From positions 32,001 to 96,000 of the forward strand of contig CAWGVS010000011.1 in NCBI GenBank assembly GCA_963826115.1: DNA of 64,000 bases. The letters run 5' to 3'. Positions 1-7,678 of this stretch are shown here, piece by piece (within the stretch, counting starts at the first letter, position 1; each line of letters starts with the position of its first letter). The DNA is from an uncultured Candidatus Rokubacteria bacterium (GTDB lineage: Bacteria > Methylomirabilota > Methylomirabilia > Rokubacteriales > DASRDR01). The position numbers and the translations under genes were made by a program. The notes under the pieces were generated by a model that saw only the letters and a program-made list of their open reading frames with translations, did not search any database and was not told where the DNA came from.

Positions 1-384
1 GCGGCGTTCGTCGGCACGCTCAGCATCCTCCGGGGACAGGTGGTGGACCCGGCGCGCGGTGCGATCTCGATCGACGGGCAGGAGGTCCAGGCGGCGCGGG
101 GGCTCGAGGACGCGAAGGCCGGCGAGGCGCGCGCGGTCGCCCTGCGCCCGGAGATCGTGTCCCTCCACGACGCGCCCGGCGACGGCAACCGGATGCGCGG
201 CACCGTGGAGGACGTCAACTTCCTCGGGTCGATCGTGCGGGTCCGGGTGCGGTTCGGCGAGAACGCGGTGTCGCTGGACACGTTCAACAATCCCACGACA
301 CCCCCGCCCGAGCCGGGGCAGCCGGTGACGGTGACCTTCCCCCGGGAATCGGTGCTGGTGCTCGAAGGCACCGGAGCCCACTGA
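1..384 (+). CDS. ABC transporter ATP-binding protein, C-terminal TOBE domain (5' truncated by window edge)
   Basis: Frame open from the window start (AAFVGTLSIL...); the ALRPE...GTVEDVNFLGSIVRVRV motif is typical of PotA/MalK TOBE domains. Confidence 0.8.
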   Translation, partial: AAFVGTLSILRGQVVDPARGAISIDGQEVQAARGLEDAKAGEARAVALRPEIVSLHDAPGDGNRMRGTVEDVNFLGSIVRVRVRFGENAVSLDTFNNPTTPPPEPGQPVTVTFPRESVLVLEGTGAH

Positions 385-465
385 CCGGCGTTCGCCCTCC
401 TGTCGGGATGGGGCTGGCCGCGCACTCCTACGAACGGCCGCCTCGGTGAATCCGAAGAGTAGCGG

Positions 466-1254
466 CTAGGGCCCCTCCAGCACCATGCGCCGGTAGGACT
501 CGGCCGCCTCCAGTCCCGCGCGGAGCCCCTGCTCCCGCGCCCACTCCACCAGGAAGTCCTTGGGGTCCCACTCGCCCATCTGGCTCCGGTGCTCGCGGAG
601 GGCGGCGAGCTTCTGGTCCATCGTGCCGGCGATGTCCACGTACGTGTCGGACCGGTCGGCGCCGTGGATGTAGACCTGGCGCACCTCGTGAGGCTCGAGC
701 CCCTCGGCGAGGAGCTCCGGGAAGATGAGACGGGTGCCCGCGGACGGGAAGACGGCGTCGAGGGCGGCGTCGGCGGCCGCCCGGTGGTCGGGATGGTTCA
801 GGTACGTCGAGCCGTAGTACCGCACGGTCGGATCGCCGCAGACGACGGCGTCGGGCCGGAAGCGCCGGATCAGCCGGGTCAGGTCCCGGCGGAGGGCGAT
901 GGTGGCCTCGAGCATGCCGTCCTCGTAGTCGAGGAACCACGCGTCGGAGATCCCGAGTACCCGGCAGGCGCTTCGCTGCTCCGCCTCGCGGATCGGGCCC
1001 AGGGCGGCGCGGGTCATGTCGGGCGGCGTGAACTTGTTCGACCCACCGGTGCCGCGCGTGATGCAGACGGTCACCACGGTCGAGCCCACCCGCGCCCACT
1101 TGGCGAGCGTGCCGCCCACGGTGAACTCCTGGTCGTCGGGGTGGGCGTGGATGCTCATCACCCGGGCCGGCGGCTCGGGCTCCACGACGGCCCGCTTCTG
1201 CTTGCCGTGCTCGGGAACGCCGGGGGCGTCGGGGTCGGTCGCTCCGTCGGTCAT
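466..1254 (-). CDS. PIG-L/LmbE family deacetylase (MshB/BshB-like)
   Basis: HAHPDD and NHPDH motifs, plus IREAEQRSAC. Confidence 0.9.
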   Translation of the reverse strand: MTDGATDPDAPGVPEHGKQKRAVVEPEPPARVMSIHAHPDDQEFTVGGTLAKWARVGSTVVTVCITRGTGGSNKFTPPDMTRAALGPIREAEQRSACRVLGISDAWFLDYEDGMLEATIALRRDLTRLIRRFRPDAVVCGDPTVRYYGSTYLNHPDHRAAADAALDAVFPSAGTRLIFPELLAEGLEPHEVRQVYIHGADRSDTYVDIAGTMDQKLAALREHRSQMGEWDPKDFLVEWAREQGLRAGLEAAESYRRMVLEGP

Positions 1255-1715
1255 GTGCGGTCGGCAGTCCTTTCACTCTCGCGGATGGGGAAGTGTCGCG
1301 TGCCGAGGACCAGGGTGGGCCGGCCGCCCTCGTCCCGGAGGTGCGGGCCGAGCTGCTGGAGCGCCAGCCGGCCGAACCGCGCCGGGAAGGCGCCGCGGCG
1401 GACGCGACAGTAGAGCAGGCCGCGCTCGCTCCCGAGCGTGTCGGGGTCGAGCGGCTCCCGGTGGTCGCCGGCCAGCACGAGCTCCAGGCCGTCGAGCGCC
1501 CCCTCGCGGAGCACGGGGCGCACGCGCTGGATCACGAAGGGCGTCTCCTCGGGCTCGAACCAGTTCTGCTCGCCCTGGCACACCGCGAGCCAGCGCCCCT
1601 CCGGCGTGCGGGTCATGGCCAGGAGGAAGAAGCGGAGGGTCAGGGGATCGACGACCTCGCTGCCGTCGTGGAAGACCCGGCCCTCGGCGTCGACCCGGTA
1701 GCGATACTCGCGCAT
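1251..1715 (-). CDS. Conserved hypothetical protein (DUF1285-like)
   Basis: VDAEGRVFHDG...EETPF...LYCRVRRGAFPARFGR resembles DUF1285; overlaps the downstream gene by 4 nt. Confidence 0.6.
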   Translation of the reverse strand: MREYRYRVDAEGRVFHDGSEVVDPLTLRFFLLAMTRTPEGRWLAVCQGEQNWFEPEETPFVIQRVRPVLREGALDGLELVLAGDHREPLDPDTLGSERGLLYCRVRRGAFPARFGRLALQQLGPHLRDEGGRPTLVLGTRHFPIRESERTADRT

Positions 1716-1749
1716 GTCGTCCTCATTCTACCCGTCCTCCGGGAGCCGC

Positions 1750-2292
1750 TCAGAGCCACCGTCGGACGGCGGCCCGGTACCCGCCGTACCGGTCGCCGAA
1801 CTTCTCCGCGAGGTAGTGCTCCTCCGGCGCGATCACGCCGATCCTCAGCACGCCGACGTAGACCACCAGCAGGGCGCCGAGCCAGCCGCTGTTCGCGAGG
1901 ACGGCGATGCCCGCGAAAAGCAGCGCGAGGGCGACGTACATCGGGTTCCGGGACCAGGCGTAGATCCCGTCGGTGACGAGAGCCGTTGCCGGCTTCGGCG
2001 TCTCGACGTTCGTTCCCGACCGCCGGAAGGCCCGGAGCGCCAGCGTCATGATGATGAGGCCGAGACCCACGAGCCCCCCGCCCATCCCGTAGCGAACCGC
2101 GCCGGGCCAGCCGGCCGGGAGCAGAGGAAACGGCCAGAGCCATCCGAGGGCCGCTCCAATTGCCAGCAAGAGGTACGCGATCCGCGGAGGCCGCGCGATG
2201 ACGCCGGGCCGATCCGCGCCCGCGGCGGCCGCCCGGTCGAGGCAGCGGTGTCGCGCGTTGAAGCCGCCGTGACGGGCCGTGTGCACGATCAT
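1750..2292 (-). CDS. Isoprenylcysteine carboxyl methyltransferase/PEMT-family membrane protein
   Basis: LVTDGIYAWSRNPMY and PEEHYLAEKFGDRY...VRRWL motifs; GGAG RBS before ATG 2292. Confidence 0.85.
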   Translation of the reverse strand: MIVHTARHGGFNARHRCLDRAAAAGADRPGVIARPPRIAYLLLAIGAALGWLWPFPLLPAGWPGAVRYGMGGGLVGLGLIIMTLALRAFRRSGTNVETPKPATALVTDGIYAWSRNPMYVALALLFAGIAVLANSGWLGALLVVYVGVLRIGVIAPEEHYLAEKFGDRYGGYRAAVRRWL

Positions 2293-2293
2293 G

Positions 2294-2509
2294 TCAGGCT
2301 CCTTCCTGGAGACGCTCGATGCGGTGACGGAACGGGAGTCCGAGGAGCCAGCCGAGGGACGAGGCCCGACGATCCTGGCATTCCTCGCGCCGGGGGGCGA
2401 GGGTCTCGATCGCCCCGAGGCCGGCCAGGAGGCCGAAGTAGACCACGTATTGCAGCGTCTCCCCATGCTCCGCCAGGATGCCTTCGGGCGACATGCGCCT
2501 GTCCTCCAT
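2294..2509 (-). CDS. Small hydrophobic ORF, possibly a truncated sterol-desaturase-like N-terminus
   Basis: 71-aa ORF with one hydrophobic stretch followed by ETLAPRR; lies downstream of the minus-strand ECF promoter. Confidence 0.35.
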   Translation of the reverse strand: MEDRRMSPEGILAEHGETLQYVVYFGLLAGLGAIETLAPRREECQDRRASSLGWLLGLPFRHRIERLQEGA

Positions 2510-2585
2510 CGGACGCCCCGGCCGGCCCCACGTCCGGGCGGCCGGCGCGCCCTCTCGTCCGGTTGATCGATCCTTCGAGGAGTCA

Positions 2586-2611
2586 TACGGCCGACGGGGG
2601 GCGGCGGTTAC
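2586..2611 (-). promoter_or_regulatory. ECF sigma promoter GTAAC-N17-CGTA (leftward)
   Basis: + strand TACG at 2586-2589 and GTTAC at 2607-2611, 17-nt spacer; same architecture as the rightward copy. Confidence 0.7.
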
Positions 2612-2658
2612 ACCGGGCCCGGACCCGGCGGGGGAGTCGGCAGTGTGGGCCGGCTAGC

Positions 2659-2684
2659 GTAACTTCGAGACGGGCTCGTCCGTA
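2659..2684 (+). promoter_or_regulatory. ECF sigma autoregulatory promoter GTAAC-N17-CGTA (rightward)
   Basis: GTAAC 2659-2663, CGTA 2681-2684, then GGAGG RBS and the ECF ATG at 2702. Confidence 0.75.
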
Positions 2685-2701
2685 GAACCGTTTGGAGGGG
2701 C

Positions 2702-3274
2702 ATGAACACGATGGCGGTGGCCGAGGCGGTGGCGCGGGCTCGCCAGGGAGACCGGGAAGGCCTTGCCGACCTCTACGAGGCGTTCGGCCGGCGTGTCCTC
2801 GGTCTCTGCCGTCACCTCCTCGGGTCCCCGGAAGCGGCGGAGGATGCCCGGAGCGACGTCTTCCTCCGCCTGCCTCGAGCGATCGAGCTTTACGATCCCG
2901 CGCTGCCGTTCGACCGCTGGCTCCTGAGCGTCACCGGTCACCACTGCCTCGACGTCCTGCGACGCCGCCGGCTCGAGTCGCGCCTGTTCGCGACCGAGCT
3001 GCTCGAGGAGGACGGTGCGTCCGTGGCAGACCAGCCGGGGTCTTCCCCGCTCGCGGTCGTGATGACCGACCAGGGTCGGGTGCGGGTGCGGGACGCGCTC
3101 CTCCGCCTGCCCGAGCGCTACCGGGTGGCGCTCGCGCTCCGCTACTACGGCGAGCTGGGCTACGAGGAGATCGCGGCCCAGCTCGGGGTGACGCGCAACC
3201 ACGTGGCGATCCTGATCTTCCGCGGCAAGCAGGCGCTTCGCCGACTGCTGGCGGATCTCGACGAGAGGGCGTGA
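2702..3274 (+). CDS. ECF RNA polymerase sigma-70 factor (SigW/RpoE-like)
   Basis: Region 2 (AEDARSDVFL...FDRWL) and region 4 (LPERYRVALALRYYGELGYEEIA). Confidence 0.92.
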   Translation: MNTMAVAEAVARARQGDREGLADLYEAFGRRVLGLCRHLLGSPEAAEDARSDVFLRLPRAIELYDPALPFDRWLLSVTGHHCLDVLRRRRLESRLFATELLEEDGASVADQPGSSPLAVVMTDQGRVRVRDALLRLPERYRVALALRYYGELGYEEIAAQLGVTRNHVAILIFRGKQALRRLLADLDERA

Positions 3275-3276
3275 CG

Positions 3277-4893
3277 ATGACCTGCCTGAGCGAGCTCACG
3301 TGTTCGGTGTACGTCGACGGGGAGCTCTCCCCGGAGGAGACCCCGGCCGCCGAGGCGCATCTTGCGACCTGCGAGCGCTGCCGGTCGCTGGTCGCGGCGC
3401 TCCGGGATGAGATCCGAGTGGTCAGCGCGGCGCTCGCCGAGACGGCAGAGCCGGCGCCGTCGCCCGCTCCCGTCAGGGGGGCTGTCCTGGCCCCCGCTGC
3501 GGGGCGCGTCGCGACGAACGGCCGACGGACGTGGGGTCTGGCGGCGATCGTGGCGGCCCTGGCGGGGGCGGGGATCCTGGCCGTCCTCGCAGGGATCGCG
3601 ACGGTCGGCGACTGGACCGGCGCGGCCGTGGGCGCGGCGGTCTTCGTCGTGCTGAACGCCGAGACGCTGTGGGGCGCCCTCGCGACGCTGGCGCTCGCCA
3701 CGATGGCGGCGCTGACGCTGGCCGGCGCGGTCTATCTCGGGCGCCCCGCCTCGCGTGCGCTCGCGGGGCTCGCGCTGACGCTCGGGGTCGCGGCGGCGAT
3801 CGCCCCGTCGTCGGCCGAGGCGCTCGAGGCGCGGAGAGGCGTGGAAGTGTCGGTGGACGCCGGCGAGACCGTGGACGGGACCCTGACGGCCGCCGCCGAG
3901 CACGTCCGCGTGGACGGCAACGTCCGCGGGGACCTGATCGTCGCGGCGGCGCGCGTGGAGGTCCGGGGGACCGTGGGCGGCGATCTCGTGGTCGCGGGCC
4001 GCACCGTGGAGGTGACCGGCACGGTGGAGGGCAGCGTCTACGTCGCCGCCAGATCGTTCACGCTGCGCGGACGCGTGGGCCGGGGGCTCTATGCGGCGGA
4101 TCGCGAGACGCGCATCGAGCCGGGCGCGCAGATCGGGGGGGACCTCGCGATGGCGGGGCGGAGCCTGTTCCTCGGCGGCGAGGTGGCGCGGGGGGCGAGC
4201 ATGTTCGTGCGGGACGCGGAGGTGACCGGCCGCGTCCGGCGGGACCTCCGGTTCCGGGGTCACCGCCTCGTGGTGCGGGCGCCGGCGCGGCTCGAGGGCA
4301 TCGTGCGGGCCGACGTCGCGCGGGCCTCGGACGTCTCGGTCGACGCCGGCGCCGCCGTGACGGGGCCTGTGCTGACGCGCGTCGGGTCCCGGGTCGCCCA
4401 CTGGTTTGGCGAGCCCCGCGTCTGGTTCTGGGTGGCGACGAGCTTCTTCGGCGCGGCGCTCCTCGGCTGGGTGGCCCTGCTGGTCGTCCCGGGTCTAGTG
4501 GCGGGCAGCGCCGAGGACGTGGGGCGCTGGGGGCGATCCCTGGGATGGGGCGTTGCGTTTCTCGTCGGAGGCCCGGTCGCGATCGTGCTCCTCGCCGTGA
4601 CCCTGGTCGGCCTGCCGCTCGCCCTCGTCCTGCTGGGCCTCTACCTGCTCAGTCTCTACGCGGCGAAGATCGTCGTGGGCCTGGCGATCGGGCGCGCGCT
4701 CCTGAAGCCGCGGGGTCACCCCCGACGCGACGCGCTACGGGCGCTGGTGGTCGGGCTGGTGCTCGTCACCGTGGCCACGGCGCTGCCCTTCGTCGGCGGG
4801 GCGATCTGGGCGGCGATCGCGTGCCTCGGCGCCGGCGCGCTTGCGGCGCGGATCGCCCGCACGGCCCTCGGCGTGCGAAGCTCGGAGGCGTGA
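3277..4893 (+). CDS. Anti-sigma factor: zf-HC2 domain, TM segments, bactofilin-like beta-helix repeats and multi-TM C-terminus
   Basis: YVDGEL...HLATCERC ZAS motif; repeated V.G.V.GDL.V units; hydrophobic C-terminus. Confidence 0.85.
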   Translation: MTCLSELTCSVYVDGELSPEETPAAEAHLATCERCRSLVAALRDEIRVVSAALAETAEPAPSPAPVRGAVLAPAAGRVATNGRRTWGLAAIVAALAGAGILAVLAGIATVGDWTGAAVGAAVFVVLNAETLWGALATLALATMAALTLAGAVYLGRPASRALAGLALTLGVAAAIAPSSAEALEARRGVEVSVDAGETVDGTLTAAAEHVRVDGNVRGDLIVAAARVEVRGTVGGDLVVAGRTVEVTGTVEGSVYVAARSFTLRGRVGRGLYAADRETRIEPGAQIGGDLAMAGRSLFLGGEVARGASMFVRDAEVTGRVRRDLRFRGHRLVVRAPARLEGIVRADVARASDVSVDAGAAVTGPVLTRVGSRVAHWFGEPRVWFWVATSFFGAALLGWVALLVVPGLVAGSAEDVGRWGRSLGWGVAFLVGGPVAIVLLAVTLVGLPLALVLLGLYLLSLYAAKIVVGLAIGRALLKPRGHPRRDALRALVVGLVLVTVATALPFVGGAIWAAIACLGAGALAARIARTALGVRSSEA

Positions 4894-5564
4894 GCGTCGA
4901 GATCCGGACCGCCGCCGAGATCCTCACCCCCGAGCGAGCCGGGGCGTGGGAGGCCCGGCGGGCGCAGCGGGACGATCCGGTGCTCCGCGCCATCTGGCGC
5001 GCGTTCGTCGACACCGGCGGGCCGGTGACGCTCGACGGGGTGTCGCGGGCTCTCCGCGAGCTCACCGTCGACACGCTCCGCGAGCGGGCGTCCGCGCTGG
5101 ACGGCGCGGACCTGATCGGGTTCGAGGGAGAGCGGGTCGTTCTCGCGTACCCGTTCACGGCGGAGCCGAACGACTTCGAGGTGGTCCTGCCGGGCCGGCG
5201 GCACCGCTACGCGTGCTGCGCGATCGACGCGCTCGGCGTGGCGCCGATGCTGGGCGTGGGGGTGACGGTCCGCTCGCGCTGTCACCGGAGCGGCGACGCG
5301 CTGGTTCTCGACGTGGACCCGGAGGCCGGGCCTCTCGGGGCGCCGGCCGGCGTCGTCGCGTGGGTCGAGCGAGGCCGCTGGGGCGGCGACCGCCTCTCCG
5401 GCTTTCTCTGAACGCGCCTCAACTTCTTCCGGTCGGAGGAAGCGCTCGAGGCATGGCGCCGTGACACACCCGACGGGGACGGCGCTGCCCTCGTGCTCGC
5501 CGAGGCGTTCACGCTCGCGCGCCGGCTGTTCGGAGGGCTGCTCCTCCCGGCGGCCGCGCACTGA
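4890..5564 (+). CDS. MerB-like organomercurial lyase family selenoprotein (Sec at TGA 5409-5411)
   Basis: AYPFT, YACCAIDALG and VRSRCHRSG match MerB; readthrough gives FL-U-TRLNFFRSEEALEAW, aligning by eye with MerB FCCHVHFF; GTG start overlaps the anti-sigma stop; SECIS-like hairpin follows. Confidence 0.85.
5423..5442 (+). promoter_or_regulatory. Putative SECIS element (merB-like)
   Basis: CTTCTTCC-GGTC-GGAGGAAG hairpin starting 11 nt after the TGA. Confidence 0.8.
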
Positions 5565-5644
5565 CGGTCGGCGCCCGCGAGCGGGCCGGCGCGAGCCCGG
5601 CGTGTCATAATCGACGCGAGCGGTTCTCTCGGAAGGAGCGACTC

Positions 5645-6493
5645 GTGACGGACGGAACCTTCGGCTCGGTCGTCAGCACGGCGTGGCTCGGCGATCGACT
5701 GGGCGACCCCGCGCTGCGGATCCTCGACGCGACGTGGTACCTGCCGCACCTCCAGCGCGACGCGCGCGCGGAGTACCGCCAGGCGCACATCCCCGGCGCC
5801 CAGTACTTCGACATCGACGCGATCGCCGACCGCCGCCAGGGGCTGCCGCACATGCTGCCCGACGCGGCCACCTTCGCCGAGGCGGTCGGCGCCCTCGGGA
5901 TCGGCGCCGGCGACCACGTCGTGGCGTACGGGGGCAAGAACCTCGTGGCCTCCGCGCGCGTCTGGTGGACCTTCCGCGCGTTCGGGCACGACCGGGTGGT
6001 CGTGCTGGACGGGGGATTCCCGAAGTGGCGGGACGAGGGACGGCCGATCGAGGCCGGCGAGCCGACGACGACGGCGCGCCGGTTCACCGCCCGCTTCCAT
6101 CCGGAGTTGGTGACCGATCTCGCGGCCGTGCGGCGGAACGTCGAGACGCGGGTGACCCAGGTCGTCGACGCGCGCTCGGCGGGACGGTTCGCCGGCACGG
6201 AGCCCGAGCCCCGCGCCGGCCTCCGGGGCGGCCACATTCCGGGGAGCCTCAGCCTGCCGTACGACCGGCTCTTCGGGCCCGACGGCATGCTGCGCTCGCC
6301 GGACGACCTCCGCCGCGTCTTCGAGGGTGCCGGCGTCGCGCTCGACCGGCGGATCGCGACGACGTGCGGGTCGGGGGTGACGGCGTGCGTCCTCGCCCTG
6401 GGCCTCGATCGGGTCGGCCGTCCGGACGTCGCGGTCTACGACGGATCCTGGACCGAGTGGGGCGGCCGGGACGACGTGCCCGTGGAGCGGTAG
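5645..6493 (+). CDS. sseA: 3-mercaptopyruvate sulfurtransferase (tandem rhodanese)
   Basis: HIPGA, CGSGVTAC active-site loop and YDGSWTEWG. Confidence 0.92.
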   Translation: MTDGTFGSVVSTAWLGDRLGDPALRILDATWYLPHLQRDARAEYRQAHIPGAQYFDIDAIADRRQGLPHMLPDAATFAEAVGALGIGAGDHVVAYGGKNLVASARVWWTFRAFGHDRVVVLDGGFPKWRDEGRPIEAGEPTTTARRFTARFHPELVTDLAAVRRNVETRVTQVVDARSAGRFAGTEPEPRAGLRGGHIPGSLSLPYDRLFGPDGMLRSPDDLRRVFEGAGVALDRRIATTCGSGVTACVLALGLDRVGRPDVAVYDGSWTEWGGRDDVPVER

Positions 6494-6496
6494 CGC

Positions 6497-7582
6497 GTGC
6501 CGCGGCAGCGGATCGACCTCGAGCCGATCGACGCCCTCTCGATCCTCGACGAGGACGGGCGCCTCGACCAGGCCCTCGAGCCGGCGATCCCGGCGGACGA
6601 TCTCCGGCGCCTCTACCGAACGTTCCTCCTGGCGCGCCGGTTCGACGAGCGCATGCTGTTCCTCCAGCGCCAGGGCCGCATCGGCACCTACCTGCCGGCG
6701 CGCGGCCACGAGGCGGCGGTCCTCGGCAGCGTCTACCCGCTGCGCCCGACCGACTGGATGGTCCCCGTGTGGCGCGAGTGGGCGGCGTACGTCTGGCGCG
6801 GCTGGCCCCTCGACAACCTCATCCTGCTCTACGCGGGCCTGTCCGAAGGGACGTCGCCTCCCGCCGAGATCCGGGACCTGCCGGTGTGCGTCCCGATGGG
6901 GACCCACGTCCCTCACGCGGTCGGTGTGGCCTGCGCGGCCCGGGCTCGCCGCGAGGACAGCGTCGTGCTCTGCTACTTCGGCGACGGGGCGAGCTCCGAG
7001 GGGATCTGCCAGGAGGCGATGAACTTCGCGGGCGTCTACCAGGCGCCGATCGTCTTCGTGTGCGTCAACAACCAGTGGGCGATCTCGATCCCGCGCCTCC
7101 GGCAGACTCGGGCGAAGACCCTCGCCCACCGCGCCCTGGCCTACGGGTTCCCGGGCATCCAGGTGGACGGCAACGACCTCCTGGCCATGGTGGTCGCCAC
7201 CCGCGAGGCGGTGGCGCGGGCGCGCGAGGGCCGCGGCCCCACGCTCATCGAGGCCGTGACCTACCGGCTCCTGCCCCACTCGACGGCCGACGACCCGAAG
7301 AAGTACCGCGACGAGGCCGAGGTCCGGGCGTGGGAGGCGCGGGAGCCGCTGCCGCGCTTCCGTCGCTATCTCGAGGTGAAGGGGCTGGTTGACGACGCGC
7401 TCCGCTCCCGGTTCGAGGAGGAGGTGGACGCCGAGGTCCGCGCGGCCATCGAGCGGGCCGAGGTGCGCATGCAGGCGGCCCGGCCTCTCGCGATGTTCGA
7501 CCACGTCTACGGCGACGTCCCGGCCGAGATCCTCGCGCAGCGGGCCGAGTTCGAGCAGGAGCTCGAGGGGGACCGCCGCTGA
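6497..7582 (+). CDS. pdhA: 2-oxoacid (pyruvate) dehydrogenase E1 alpha subunit
   Basis: LQRQGRIG, GDGA...NNQWAIS TPP motif, TYRL.PHST.DDP..YR. Confidence 0.88.
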   Translation: MPRQRIDLEPIDALSILDEDGRLDQALEPAIPADDLRRLYRTFLLARRFDERMLFLQRQGRIGTYLPARGHEAAVLGSVYPLRPTDWMVPVWREWAAYVWRGWPLDNLILLYAGLSEGTSPPAEIRDLPVCVPMGTHVPHAVGVACAARARREDSVVLCYFGDGASSEGICQEAMNFAGVYQAPIVFVCVNNQWAISIPRLRQTRAKTLAHRALAYGFPGIQVDGNDLLAMVVATREAVARAREGRGPTLIEAVTYRLLPHSTADDPKKYRDEAEVRAWEAREPLPRFRRYLEVKGLVDDALRSRFEEEVDAEVRAAIERAEVRMQAARPLAMFDHVYGDVPAEILAQRAEFEQELEGDRR

Positions 7583-7595
7583 CCCCGCAGGCGAG

Positions 7596-7670
7596 CTACT
7601 CGATGACTCGGTCGGCCCGTGCCAGCAGGGACGGGGCGAGGGCCAGACCGAGAGCCTCGAGCGCCTCCTC
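7596..7670 (-). pseudogene. Remnant 3' tail of an ABC_sub_bind-type substrate-binding protein gene
   Basis: Minus frame reads ALGLALAPSLLARADRVIE*, the characteristic C-terminus of this family; the rest of the gene is absent. Confidence 0.6.
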
Positions 7671-7678
7671 CCCGTGAA

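Noticed and set aside
2290-2296. TGA readthrough joining the 71-aa ORF to the membrane methyltransferase
   Set aside because: The downstream ATG is in a different frame (TGA-C-ATG) and has its own RBS
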